IMG/VR virus record: IMGVR_UViG_3300042938_000824
Span: 1 to 63,708 of that record
Direction: 5' to 3' (one strand)
Length of the DNA: 63,708 bases
Origin: a virus
Taxonomy: Duplodnaviria; Caudoviricetes
Made by a program: the position numbers and the translations under genes
The notes under the pieces: generated by a model
What the model saw: the letters and a program-made list of their open reading frames with translations, nothing else
Told to the model about the DNA's origin: nothing
Database searches by the model: none
Shown: in pieces, positions 16,462 through 26,402 of the stretch
How the letters are laid out: every line of letters begins with the position of its first letter
How positions within the stretch are numbered: the stretch's first letter is position 1

Positions 16462-19385
16462 TTGACGTGTTGCACCTTGAGCCGGTCTGCGGGCTTGCCG
16501 TAGCTGAGCATGTTGTTGAGGTCCATGAGCCGCTTCGCACCCAACTCGATGTCGCCATCACCCGCATTCTTGACCGCGGCTGCGGTCATGACGAACTCGC
16601 CGTTCGACAGCTTGGCCTGCTCGACGCCGTCGATCATGGCCGGGATCTTGTCTTCCTTGGGGCCGCCATCGCCGAGGACCAGACGGCCATCGACGAGGCC
16701 ACCGTCGGCGAAGGCGGGGGTGAAGTAGTTTCGTTCTGGGTCAACGCCGGGGACGTAGCCGACACCGGGCCCATTGTACTGGCGCATGTAGTTGCCGTAG
16801 AGCGCGTTCAGCATGGCCTGCACTTCGGGCGTGTACGGGCTGGTGCCCGTGCCGCCAGTTCCGGTACCGCCGGTGCCCGTTCCGCCGGTGTCCGTCTCGT
16901 CCTTCGGCTTGCGCTTCTTACTGCTGCCGCTCGAAGAGACTAGGCTTTCAGGAACAGACGCCGGAGGCGTGGAATAGTACTCAACGGCTTCAGGGCCAGC
17001 GGCTACCTCTTCGGCTGCCGCGTCGTCGTCCTGATTTAGGAAGAGCCGCGCGAACAGACTATCGTCGAACCGCTCTTTCAGGATGTCTCCTGCCTTGTCG
17101 ATGAAGTTCTTCTCGCCCTTCTTCTTGACCTGTTTCTTGGGCTTCGCACCACCGGTCATGATGTTGTTCGGGTCGCGGAAGGCACCCTTGTTCGCCGCTT
17201 CGCTAAGCTGGGCTGGGGTATAGCCGGGCACGCGCCCGACACGCTCGAAGCTGCCGTCGCTCGACTGCTCGTAGATGTAACCGTTCGAGCCGACGAACTG
17301 GCCGGGGCCGGGGGTGAACTTCGTGCCCGCGGCGGGGCCGTTGCTTGCAGCGCCAGCAGGCTCCTCGCCTGCTGCTAGTGGCGTGTCGCCGGTGCCGCCA
17401 GTCTCGAACAATTCGTCGTATCGCGCCTTGTCAGTGCTGGTCGTAATTCCCGGTCGATCAACAGGCTGAACATCTTCCGCGCCGACCAGTTCGACCTGAC
17501 CGGGCGAATTGACGGAAGGGTACGCTCCTAGATCTTCTCCGACGACGCTGACCGGCGCTCCTTCGGCGTCCACAGCCACACTCTCGACCGGTGCGTTGGC
17601 GAGAGCATTGTCCACGAGCCACTTGTTAAACTGGTCTTGAGACGCAATTGCGGGGTCAAGATTGGCAGCGTTCTGATTGATCTGCGCCTGCCGCAGCGCC
17701 CGCGCTGAGCGGGGTGCGCCCGACGCAGCAACATCTATGCCACCCGGCTCAGCCGCTGGAAGGGGCGTCGTAGCAGTGGGCGCAGGGGCAAACTGCCCGT
17801 TGGCGAGCAGCGACAAACCTGCGAGACCGGGGATAGCGACGCCAGCGCCGCCAGCCGCGATCAGCATTCTCTTGGTTACCGGGTCCATACCGGTGTCGGT
17901 TGCGGTTATGCGGGGGCCGGGACGGAGGACATTGGCAGCTTCATCGGCAGACATGAAGCCGGGCGGGTAAACAGTTTGCGCGCCGGGGCGGCGAATGATG
18001 TTGGCCGCCTCGTCTGGATCCATATACCGCATAGCGGGATTTACGTCGAAAAAGAACTGGTCGCTTCCGTCCGCGCGTGTGTTGAGCGTGTTCAGTACGT
18101 CGTTCTCGCGCTGCGCGTTCCGCAGCACAAGTGCGTCATTTTCATTTATGGCGCTCGTTAACGCGCCAGCGTCGTTCTCACGCATCATGTTAGCGAGGAG
18201 GCGCTCGTCGTTCGCTGCCGCAGCGCGCGACACGAAACCTTCGTCCAGCACATTGGCCGCGTCGGGCAACCGAGACCCAACCGCAGCAGGGCGCGACGCG
18301 GTATACCCCAAATTGCCGAGTATGTTTTCTAGGCGAGCAATTTCCGCGGGTGAGATGGCGGGGGCAGGCTGGCCACCACCCGGCGTGACACGCGGCCCGG
18401 CACTCACCGGTCGAGGCGCAGCTGCTGCAGCGTTCGCTGGGTCAGCGTTAAGGCTGTCCATGAGCTGGCGAAATTGCGCTTGCCGGGGCGTCAGCGCGGC
18501 ATCTATGCCTGCTGCTGTTGCGCGCGGTATAACCGCCGCTGCTGTTGCGCGCGGTATGGCTGCCGCGGCCACACGCGGCCCAACAAGAGGTATTCCACCC
18601 GTCTGCGCAAACCCCGCCAAAGCCGCAGCGTCATCAATCATCCGCGGGTCGAGCATCGAGATCACCCTCCCGGTTTCCGGGTCGATCACGAACTGGTCAT
18701 AGTACCCAGTCGTCGCACGGCTGGGGGCCATGAAGCCCCGGTACGCCATGTCAGCGAGGCTGTCCAACGACCTTTGCCATTTGGGCTTGGGCCCGGCAGG
18801 CGCAGTCATCATTGCTTCGAGTAGTTCTGGCGACCACACGTTCCCGCTAGCAAGGGGTGCAACCGGCTGGCCGGAAACGGGGGCGTAGCCAATTTGGTTT
18901 ACCGGGTTTGCCGAAACGCGCGGCCGTATCGCATAGTTGGCGGCGGGATCACGACCGGGGGCCATGTTGCCGAGCGGGATGTTTACGCTGGGGCGGTAGG
19001 GTAGGGCAACGTCCAGCCCGCCCGAAGGTGTCAGGCTTCTGCTTGCGCCCATTGAGGCGATGGGGGCCGCCGGAAGGCGCAGACCCGCGACCGGCGCGAG
19101 CGGCTTGCTTGGCGTAGTCTTTGTGGTCGTTGGCTTCTTCGTAGACGTCGTACCGAGCGACGACCCCGCCATGCTCGACAGCGTGTTGGTAGTCGGCTTC
19201 TTTGCCGCTGTAGTTGTCGTGGGCTTCTTCGTGGACGTAGTGCCGAGCGACGACCCGGCCATGGTCGAGAGGGTGTTGGTCGTCGGCTTCTTTACCGCTG
19301 TAGTTGTCGCGGGCTTCTTTTCCGCGGGCTTGGTCGTGCCCGTGGTCGGGAGGTACAGGCCGCCGCCGACGTACATAGTTGCCAT
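16458..19385 (-). CDS. 975-aa low-complexity virion-associated protein
   Basis: Long ORF in the operon; N-terminal K/T repeats; C-terminal FADGG..GDGGPKEDKIPA..LSNGEFV. Confidence 0.7.
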   Translation of the reverse strand: MATMYVGGGLYLPTTGTTKPAEKKPATTTAVKKPTTNTLSTMAGSSLGTTSTKKPTTTTAAKKPTTNTLSSMAGSSLGTTSTKKPTTTKTTPSKPLAPVAGLRLPAAPIASMGASRSLTPSGGLDVALPYRPSVNIPLGNMAPGRDPAANYAIRPRVSANPVNQIGYAPVSGQPVAPLASGNVWSPELLEAMMTAPAGPKPKWQRSLDSLADMAYRGFMAPSRATTGYYDQFVIDPETGRVISMLDPRMIDDAAALAGFAQTGGIPLVGPRVAAAAIPRATAAAVIPRATAAGIDAALTPRQAQFRQLMDSLNADPANAAAAAPRPVSAGPRVTPGGGQPAPAISPAEIARLENILGNLGYTASRPAAVGSRLPDAANVLDEGFVSRAAAANDERLLANMMRENDAGALTSAINENDALVLRNAQRENDVLNTLNTRADGSDQFFFDVNPAMRYMDPDEAANIIRRPGAQTVYPPGFMSADEAANVLRPGPRITATDTGMDPVTKRMLIAAGGAGVAIPGLAGLSLLANGQFAPAPTATTPLPAAEPGGIDVAASGAPRSARALRQAQINQNAANLDPAIASQDQFNKWLVDNALANAPVESVAVDAEGAPVSVVGEDLGAYPSVNSPGQVELVGAEDVQPVDRPGITTSTDKARYDELFETGGTGDTPLAAGEEPAGAASNGPAAGTKFTPGPGQFVGSNGYIYEQSSDGSFERVGRVPGYTPAQLSEAANKGAFRDPNNIMTGGAKPKKQVKKKGEKNFIDKAGDILKERFDDSLFARLFLNQDDDAAAEEVAAGPEAVEYYSTPPASVPESLVSSSGSSKKRKPKDETDTGGTGTGGTGTGGTGTSPYTPEVQAMLNALYGNYMRQYNGPGVGYVPGVDPERNYFTPAFADGGLVDGRLVLGDGGPKEDKIPAMIDGVEQAKLSNGEFVMTAAAVKNAGDGDIELGAKRLMDLNNMLSYGKPADRLKVQHVK
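19115..19320 (-). repeat. Tandem 30-aa (90-nt) coding repeat KKPTTNTLS(T/S)MAGSSLGTTSTKKPTTT
   Basis: Two full copies plus a partial copy visible in DNA and protein. Confidence 0.85.
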
Positions 19386-19395
19386 CTCGATGCTC

Positions 19396-19707
19396 CTAGA
19401 CCGTGACGGTCAATGTACCCACGGACCCCGTCGCCGACAGGCTGGTTGGTCCGATGTATGCGTAGTTGGCGAGAACGACCTTGAGAACGTCGGCGTCGCG
19501 ATAGACTTCACCAACAATAAGGCCAACAGGGTTATCGGGCAAGCTCGGCAGATACAGCCTGCCGCCGCGCAGCACAGCCGGGAAATCTGCAAGGCGTGTG
19601 TAGTTTTCGATCCAGCGGTTCAGCTGGAAGGCCCAGTTCTGGTTGTACTCGAACGGGGCTCGAGGTGGTGCTGGTGGGAGGGCAGCCGTCGATTTGGGCT
19701 GGCTCAT
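19396..19707 (-). CDS. Small tail-associated protein (103 aa, start MSQPKS)
   Basis: ATGA overlap with the upstream nozzle gene; ends SATGSVGTLTVTV. Confidence 0.7.
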   Translation of the reverse strand: MSQPKSTAALPPAPPRAPFEYNQNWAFQLNRWIENYTRLADFPAVLRGGRLYLPSLPDNPVGLIVGEVYRDADVLKVVLANYAYIGPTSLSATGSVGTLTVTV

Positions 19708-21641
19708 CGCTGGCCATCCGGGCTGGCGTACAGGCGAGGCACGCCCAGCTGCCACAGCGTTCCGTCAGTGTCCGTGGCCACGGTGAAGTCAATCGAACGG
19801 GCGCGGAAGCGGCGGTCGAGCTTGTCCGTGTACTCCTCAACGGGCACCAGCAACGTGCCAGCCGCGGTGCGCGTGATATTCGGATCCGGCCCCGTCACGA
19901 AGCCTGAACCCGGGTAATCGCGCTTGTTGAACCTGAAGGTAATGCGAGGCGTCTGCGTGTTCGAGCCGTAGAAATTGACGTCTGGGATGATACGGCTGAT
20001 CAGCATAAAATCCATGCCGCTGCCGATTTCAAACACCGACGACGTCAGGTAGGCGTCTAGCTTCGCGCCGGGTGCGACCGAGTTATCGCGGGTGCCCAAG
20101 TCCTGCATGTAGATGTAGCCATCAGGCGACGCCGCGAGGGGTACGTCCTCGTGCCATGCATCGAGCCAAGTGGTGCGGCCAACGTCGTTGTAGCTGCCGT
20201 AGTACCAGATCAGGTTCGAGGGATCTTCGTAGTTGCAGACCACGTAGAAGTTGCACTCCTCCGATCCGTTGACGGGGATGTGCCAGATCACTTCCTTGTA
20301 CTGGCGGTCGACACCGGCGTAGATCTTGTCGGTCTGGTTGAAGTTCAGGATCGAGAAGATGTACTGGCGCACCGAGCACGGCATGTCGCGCACGACGCCG
20401 TCGTACATTTGGAAGACGCCATTCGCCATCCAGAAAGTCATTGCACCTGTGGAGATGACGGCGTTGGGCCCGATCAGGTGGATGTTCGTGCCGATGCGGA
20501 CTTCGCCGAAGGTGTAGGGGGGACCAACGTACTTGAAGCTGTGCAGGCTGACGTCGGTGAAGATCAACACTTCGGTGGTCGTCTCAATGGCCTTCAGGAT
20601 GCTGGAGCCGACGCCGAGGCGAAGTTCGCCCGCGCTGTTGGTGGTGTCGGGGAACCACACGGTCTTGTCTTCGGTGGTCGACCACCTGATCAGGACGGGA
20701 TCCTGCGTATCGCTGTCGAGGGGGTTGGCACCAAAGCAGATGACGTGTCGGCTGTTGTCGCTGACCAAGACCTGAGATGCGACGACGGGCACGTATTGCT
20801 GGATGGCCGACGCGGCGGTCGAGCGCAGCGTCACGGCACGGCCACTGACCGTCGAGGTGTCCTTGAAGTACACGCCAGCATTGCGGGCGTTGAATAGGAT
20901 GTCTTCGCCGAAGGCGTCCTCAGACCACAGGCGAATGCCTTCGGTCGTCAGAGGATCGCCGGTGCCCTGACCCCAACCAACCGAACCGTTCCAAGTGCCG
21001 GTGCCCCAACCATCGCCAGTCTGCGCCGTCGCGAAGCCGACGTTGATCTGGTACTCGGCGGTAACCGTTCCGCCGCCGGTGGCAACTGTAGATGTGACTG
21101 GCGACGAGGTGGTCAGCGTGAACGTGTAGCTGTCGGCGTTGATGACTTCGACGACCTGAAACTCACCCTCGAAGTCGGCGAGGGCGATGCCGCCGAGGGT
21201 GCCAACGATGCTGGCGAGATCGAAGGTCACGAAGTCGCCGACGTCGCAACCATGAGCCGTGTCGGCGACCGTGATCAGGTGGCTGGTGACGCTCGTCGCT
21301 GCTACGGTGGTAAAGGGGTCAGTGAGGCTTGCGGTATCCCGTAGGGGCGTGATGTCGACGAGCTGGCTGCCCTGAATGAGGTAGTACTTGAGGTTGGTGC
21401 CAGCAGCGTAGAGGTTCAGGCCGTTCAGTTTGGTGAAGGGGAAGAGGCTGCGGAAGGTTCCTTCGGCGGGCGAGGACGTAAACTTCGACCAGCCGCCCAT
21501 GCTCTCAGCGGTGCCCGAGCGCCAACGGATCAAATTGCAGTCATACCAACCGCCGGTGTTGCCGTAGTTGGTCGTCTCCCGATTTACACCGGGGCGGAAC
21601 TGCAGCTTGATGGGGTCTGGTGCGGGTCCGCCTTCGGCCAT
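19704..21641 (-). CDS. Tail nozzle / packaged-DNA stabilisation protein
   Basis: PGVNRETT, IRWST, GPPYTFG motifs; 645 aa, beta-rich; position. Confidence 0.75.
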   Translation of the reverse strand: MAEGGPAPDPIKLQFRPGVNRETTNYGNTGGWYDCNLIRWRSGTAESMGGWSKFTSSPAEGTFRSLFPFTKLNGLNLYAAGTNLKYYLIQGSQLVDITPLRDTASLTDPFTTVAATSVTSHLITVADTAHGCDVGDFVTFDLASIVGTLGGIALADFEGEFQVVEVINADSYTFTLTTSSPVTSTVATGGGTVTAEYQINVGFATAQTGDGWGTGTWNGSVGWGQGTGDPLTTEGIRLWSEDAFGEDILFNARNAGVYFKDTSTVSGRAVTLRSTAASAIQQYVPVVASQVLVSDNSRHVICFGANPLDSDTQDPVLIRWSTTEDKTVWFPDTTNSAGELRLGVGSSILKAIETTTEVLIFTDVSLHSFKYVGPPYTFGEVRIGTNIHLIGPNAVISTGAMTFWMANGVFQMYDGVVRDMPCSVRQYIFSILNFNQTDKIYAGVDRQYKEVIWHIPVNGSEECNFYVVCNYEDPSNLIWYYGSYNDVGRTTWLDAWHEDVPLAASPDGYIYMQDLGTRDNSVAPGAKLDAYLTSSVFEIGSGMDFMLISRIIPDVNFYGSNTQTPRITFRFNKRDYPGSGFVTGPDPNITRTAAGTLLVPVEEYTDKLDRRFRARSIDFTVATDTDGTLWQLGVPRLYASPDGQR

Positions 21642-21881
21642 TTATCTCGACTTCCTGCGCCTCAACAACCGCACAAGGGGGCGGAACAAAACCATGACCG
21701 CCACACCCGCAGCCGCGAAGGGCCATACCCATGCTGGCAGGCTGGTCTGCAAGCAGTCTAGCAGCGTGCCGTCTGTGCCGCCAGCGTCATGCACTACGCA
21801 GCAAGCGCGGATGGCAGGGAAGATTAGCTCCGCCCATTGGAAGCCCGTGCAGCCGTCGGAGGTGAACCCGTCAGGCGTCAA
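21642..21881 (-). CDS. Small Cys-rich membrane-anchored protein, PLA2-like motif
   Basis: FTSDGCT..ACCVVHD; C-terminal TM and basic tail; TTG start. Confidence 0.5.
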   Translation of the reverse strand: MTPDGFTSDGCTGFQWAELIFPAIRACCVVHDAGGTDGTLLDCLQTSLPAWVWPFAAAGVAVMVLFRPLVRLLRRRKSR

Positions 21882-22242
21882 GGTCTTTCGCCTGCATCCA
21901 CATGGCCGCAGCCTGCTCAGTCGTGATGCCAGCCGCCGCGATAAGCTGCTGCGTCATCGGGTGGCCCCACTCAACCGTGGCGCTTTCGTCGTACCAGATC
22001 TGCGCGACACCGCGCGCGGTGGCGTCCGGGATCGCGTTGATCGCGTCCTGAATGAACGTGGCTGGAAAGCCGCCGATCAGCAGCAGACCAAGCCGAAGCT
22101 GGCGCATAGTCAGGGGCGTATCCGCTGGGGTGGAGGAGTACGCGGCAGCGGCGTCTTCTGCCGCTTCTTCCTCTGGGGAAAACGGTACGACTGCTTTAGC
22201 CCCGGTGCGTGCATCAACTATTGTGTGGAACCTAGCCATCAC
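21871..22242 (-). CDS. Putative tail fibre assembly chaperone
   Basis: Directly after the fibre gene; LT.RQLRL.L motif. Confidence 0.55.
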   Translation of the reverse strand: MMARFHTIVDARTGAKAVVPFSPEEEAAEDAAAAYSSTPADTPLTMRQLRLGLLLIGGFPATFIQDAINAIPDATARGVAQIWYDESATVEWGHPMTQQLIAAAGITTEQAAAMWMQAKDLDA

Positions 22243-23741
22243 TTCACCCCGTAAATGCGAATTGACCCGGCGTCAAACGAGCCGCCGGTAAGTGTAAATC
22301 TGATAGCATTAGCTACGGCAGCCGTGTTTGTCGGCGCAACACCTGCAACTGCCGCCGTCAGTGTATTATTTAGCGCGACAAGACCAAGTACGGTTTTTGC
22401 ATTGGCAATCGTTGAAGAAATACTTCCAATCTCAAACCACCCATTCCAGATATCGGTAGCGGCGGCGTTTGATGCGCCTACATTAAAAACCGATCCATAC
22501 GCTGCCCCATTAGTGCTGCTAAGTGCTACTCGTAAAAAGCGGCCTGTGCTTTCAACGCTGACGCCGTCAACTTCAACATAAAGCTTTCTGTACCCTGCAG
22601 GAATATCCGTTAAGCTGTGCGTTGTTCCCGAAGTTGTCGTCAGAGTGCCAAGAAGAGTAAAGCTTCCGCCAGCTGTCGTCGCCCACTCCGGTGCCGTAGC
22701 CCCAGCGTTCATGGTCAGAACCTGCGAGGCGGTGCCCTTGGCCAGACGCTCCCACTCCGTTGCGCCACGGTAGAGCAGATCGCCCGACGCCTGCGATGCG
22801 GGTGAAGGGACGCGATTGCCCTCGACGGCGATGAAACCAGCCGCACCGCGCGAGAGTGTCGTGTCGGTGGCCGCGCCGAGTTCAATCGTGCCAGCGGTCA
22901 GCGCGTTGCCGGTGCCGATACTGAATGCACCGTTGGCTGTCAGCACGCCAGCGGAGTGCGTAAGCGTGTAGTTGCCTGCGTTAAAGTTGATGACGCCGCC
23001 GGATGCAAGGAACAGATCCGCCCATGCTGTGCCGCTTACGCCAAGCGCTGCCGCGTCATTTGTGGAAGGCAGCAGCGCGGCGTCATAACTGTACCCGCTC
23101 GACGCGCCTGCAAAGGCCAGCGTGTTCGTGCCTTCGGTGATGGTCACATCGCCGTTGTCAAAATTGATGACGCCGCCCGACGCGAGGAACAGATCAGCCC
23201 ACTGCAACGAGCTTGTTCCGAGCGCGGCGGCGTTGTTGGTGGCAGGTGTAGCCGCGCCAGAAGCCAGCGTCAGATTGGTGAGCCCTGTCACCGTGCCGCC
23301 CGTGATGGCGACACTGGACGCGGCCTGCGTGGCCAGCGTTCCCGTCAGGGCGTCCAGCACATTCGTGCCGTCGCAGTACAGCCACCGCGACGTCCCCGTC
23401 GCGACCGTGATAGTCGTACCGGTCGCGCCCTTGACGGTCATCGCGCCGTTGGTCGAGTTTTTGAAGACCCACAGCTTCTCGGCCAGAGGGACGATAACGT
23501 TGAACGCGCCGCCCGGCGTGCCGGTAAATTCGATGAGCGCGTTGCGGTTCTCGTTGGCTGCGTAGTCGGTATTGCTGAGCGTGTAGTCGCCCGTTCCCAC
23601 CTTGGCGATAGCCAGATAGCCGGTGATGGCCTGCTCGAGCAGCGTGCCAAGGTTCGTGTTGGTCGTATCACCCCACGTTCCCGACTGATCGCCGGTCGCC
23701 ATAAGCTCCAAGCGGAGTGAGGGGGAAGCTGTGCTCGCCAT
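22239..23741 (-). CDS. Tail fibre protein
   Basis: N-terminal LELMATGDQSGTWG..TN.NL anchor; internal duplicated WADLFLASGGVINF; C-terminal SFDAGSIRIYGVK. Confidence 0.75.
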   Translation of the reverse strand: MASTASPSLRLELMATGDQSGTWGDTTNTNLGTLLEQAITGYLAIAKVGTGDYTLSNTDYAANENRNALIEFTGTPGGAFNVIVPLAEKLWVFKNSTNGAMTVKGATGTTITVATGTSRWLYCDGTNVLDALTGTLATQAASSVAITGGTVTGLTNLTLASGAATPATNNAAALGTSSLQWADLFLASGGVINFDNGDVTITEGTNTLAFAGASSGYSYDAALLPSTNDAAALGVSGTAWADLFLASGGVINFNAGNYTLTHSAGVLTANGAFSIGTGNALTAGTIELGAATDTTLSRGAAGFIAVEGNRVPSPASQASGDLLYRGATEWERLAKGTASQVLTMNAGATAPEWATTAGGSFTLLGTLTTTSGTTHSLTDIPAGYRKLYVEVDGVSVESTGRFLRVALSSTNGAAYGSVFNVGASNAAATDIWNGWFEIGSISSTIANAKTVLGLVALNNTLTAAVAGVAPTNTAAVANAIRFTLTGGSFDAGSIRIYGVK

Positions 23742-23750
23742 TCTGTTTCC

Positions 23751-24806
23751 TTACGTCACAACCTGCGTCCAGCCACCGCCGGGCCCGGTAGGAACTTGAA
23801 CCCATCCCGCAACAGGACCGGGCGGGATCAGTTCCCAGACGAGTACATTACCTGCAAGCACCGACGCCGACAAGCCTACGGGGTATATGTTGGCTGTACC
23901 CGTGACGGTCAGCGAACCTTGCGCCGTTGCGCCGCTCAGCCCCGTCGGGAAAATGTTGGCGTCAGCCTCGACGGTGACGCCGTTCAGTGCCGTCGTAGCC
24001 GCTTCGCCCGTCGGGTATATATTGGCGTCAGCCTCAACGGCGAGATCGCCGAGCGCCGTGATCGCCTCTACGCCTACAACGGTAATAGAAATAAAGATGT
24101 CTAGTGCGCCCACAGCGCCAGTGGCAGCGACGCCGGTGATTGCAATGTCTACCGAAACGTCGACACCCAGCGTACCGACAGCGCCTGTAGCCGTCACACC
24201 CGTGACGGTGATGTTGGCGTCACCCTCGACAGCTGTGGTGCCGAGATTGCCGGACGCGCTCACGCCAGTCGGGTACGCTTTAGCCGCGCCAATTGCAGTA
24301 AGTGTACCCACAGCGCCGGTGGCAGCGACGCCTGTGGTCGCGATGTTTACCGAGACAATAACACCCAGCGTACCGACAGCGCCTGTAGCCGTCACACCCG
24401 TGACGGCGGTGTTGGCGTTAGCCTTGACAGCTGTGGTGCCAAGATTGCCAGACGCGCTGACGCCCGTCGGGTACACTTTAGCAGCGCCAATCGCGGTGGG
24501 TGTACCCAAAGCGCCGGTGGCTGCAACGCCGGTGAGGCTGGCCGCAGCGTTGGCTTTTACGGCGACCGAATTGACGGACCCGGTAGCCGAAACACCGGTG
24601 ACGCTGATGCGCGCAGGCAGCGCGACAGCGATCGTACCTACGGCACCGACCGATGAAACGCCTGTAATGCTTACATTAGCGTTGGCTTTGACGACAACGG
24701 TGCCGACAGCCCCAACCGCCGCGACGCCGGTGATGTCCACCTGCGTAGCAGTATCAAGGCCCCAAGGGCCGGAGCCCCACGTACTTCTGCCCCAGCCAAT
24801 CGACAC
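23751..24806 (-). CDS. Virion protein built of 22-aa beta repeats
   Basis: About 14 copies of TGVxATGAVGT; near-exact 198-nt duplication (24163 vs 24361). Confidence 0.75.
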   Translation of the reverse strand: MSIGWGRSTWGSGPWGLDTATQVDITGVAAVGAVGTVVVKANANVSITGVSSVGAVGTIAVALPARISVTGVSATGSVNSVAVKANAAASLTGVAATGALGTPTAIGAAKVYPTGVSASGNLGTTAVKANANTAVTGVTATGAVGTLGVIVSVNIATTGVAATGAVGTLTAIGAAKAYPTGVSASGNLGTTAVEGDANITVTGVTATGAVGTLGVDVSVDIAITGVAATGAVGALDIFISITVVGVEAITALGDLAVEADANIYPTGEAATTALNGVTVEADANIFPTGLSGATAQGSLTVTGTANIYPVGLSASVLAGNVLVWELIPPGPVAGWVQVPTGPGGGWTQVVT

Positions 24807-24831
24807 TTACGCCTCCTTGGGCAGGAGGTTA

Positions 24832-25278
24832 TCAGGCTAGACGGATAACCGCGTTGGAAGCGTCAGCCGTCGGGAAAATGACGGTTAAGTCACCAGCCGT
24901 GGCAGTCTTGTCGCCACCAAACGAAAACACGCCAACGGCCTTATCTGACTTCGACGAGTTGTAGATCAGGCAGCCCGAGGTGGTGATCGTCACGGTCGTG
25001 AACGTCAGATCCGCAAAGTCGGTGATGGCAGTCGTGCCCGAAACAGTTGGGGTGACGTTGGTCAGCGGCGACCCGCCTGCAGAGTACCCGGTGCCGGACG
25101 CTTGGTCCGCGCCCATGTTGGAATAGTTGGTCGTGCCTGCGCCGAACGTACCGACGATCGATGCCGTGGCGCGGAACAGCGCCAGCTTGAAGGCATCGCC
25201 GGTAGTGAGTGTAAAGTTGTGGGTCGCGACCAGCAGTTCCTGCTTGAACGACGAACACATAGCCTGCGAAATAGCCAT
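24832..25278 (-). CDS. Conserved virion structural protein
   Basis: MAISQAMCSSFKQELL..GTGYSAGG..GCLIYNSS. Confidence 0.7.
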   Translation of the reverse strand: MAISQAMCSSFKQELLVATHNFTLTTGDAFKLALFRATASIVGTFGAGTTNYSNMGADQASGTGYSAGGSPLTNVTPTVSGTTAITDFADLTFTTVTITTSGCLIYNSSKSDKAVGVFSFGGDKTATAGDLTVIFPTADASNAVIRLA

Positions 25279-25568
25279 TAGAGTTTCCTCACGATTTCCG
25301 CGGCATCATGCTGACCCGCCTGATTTAGAACGTTGTAGAGCGTGGTGCGTTCGCTGCGCTGGGCCTGCTCGACATAGTGCTTCACTACCACGCGCATACG
25401 ATCTTTGAAAGCGATGGCCTGCTCTCGGATGGCGGGCGGGGCGGTGTCGGCCACATGCAGCAGCTTGTTGACCGCCATGTCGGTGATCTCGTCGGCGTTC
25501 AGGCCCCTGCCCGAAGTGATGACCGACTGAACGGTGCCGACCTTGCCGCCGCCTTCGAGTGAAAACAT
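25278..25568 (-). CDS. Hypothetical protein
   Basis: TAATG-coupled in the operon; APPAIREQA.AFK. Confidence 0.7.
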   Translation of the reverse strand: MFSLEGGGKVGTVQSVITSGRGLNADEITDMAVNKLLHVADTAPPAIREQAIAFKDRMRVVVKHYVEQAQRSERTTLYNVLNQAGQHDAAEIVRKL

Positions 25569-26237
25569 TTACTGCTCCGCCGTGCGCTTTTCGCCGCCGC
25601 GGTAGACGTCCTTGCGGTCGCGCGCTTCGCCGAGGTTTTTGAGGCCCTGAAGGCCAATGAGGAAACGCTCGCCATAGGTCGAGGCCATGCCATCGACGCC
25701 AGACGTACGCTTCATCCAGTTCGCTGCTTCCTCGAGCGTACCGTACAACAGCGTGTCGTAGGCGTTCTCGCTGAGCCACGTCGTGCCTGCGTCGCCAGCG
25801 AGGGTGAGGGAGGCAGGCTTGTAGAAGTAGTGCAGTTCCGCGGCGTAGTTCGCGTCGGGCGTCGGCGCGACGATGATCGTCGTGTTCGTCGCGTCCGCCG
25901 AGAACAGCGCGTAGTAGCGGGGAACACCCTCAACCGTCGGGTTCGGGTAGACCTCGCGCATGTAGTTCACGTCCTTGTTGAGCAGGTACGTGTACTCGTT
26001 CAGCGCGATCACCGCGAGGCTGGCCGGGGCGAGGAAGTCTGCCGGGAGCTGTAGGTACTGGCTCCCGGCATCGAACGCACCGGTGACGTTGCGTCGGAAG
26101 AATGGAAGCTGGACGAAATACCAGATCCGCTCTTCAGCCTCGCGGATGAAGGTCGGGATCATGGCGACGAAGCCGGGGTCATCGTACTGCGTATACGACT
26201 TTACATCGTCTTCGAGATCGGCCAGCGTGTAGACCAT
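25569..26237 (-). CDS. Head-tail adaptor / tail tubular protein
   Basis: IPTFIREAEERI, G.PRYYA, TWLSENA..LLYG. Confidence 0.75.
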   Translation of the reverse strand: MVYTLADLEDDVKSYTQYDDPGFVAMIPTFIREAEERIWYFVQLPFFRRNVTGAFDAGSQYLQLPADFLAPASLAVIALNEYTYLLNKDVNYMREVYPNPTVEGVPRYYALFSADATNTTIIVAPTPDANYAAELHYFYKPASLTLAGDAGTTWLSENAYDTLLYGTLEEAANWMKRTSGVDGMASTYGERFLIGLQGLKNLGEARDRKDVYRGGEKRTAEQ

Positions 26238-26401
26238 TACTTCTGCTTCCGGCCTTCGTGGTAGTCATCCTCCGTCGCAAACTTCGCCTTCTGCTCGGCG
26301 TTGAAATACGGCGGCGCGATCTGCGGCGACATGCAATAGCGGTCGACCACGGGTCGCTTCTCGAGGGGCTTCATGGCACCCCTGCCACGGGACTCCATCA
26401 T
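26237..26401 (-). CDS. Small hypothetical protein (54 aa, MMESRGRG)
   Basis: ATG 1 nt after the upstream stop; TAATG-coupled to the downstream gene. Confidence 0.55.
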   Translation of the reverse strand: MMESRGRGAMKPLEKRPVVDRYCMSPQIAPPYFNAEQKAKFATEDDYHEGRKQK

Positions 26402-26402
26402 G

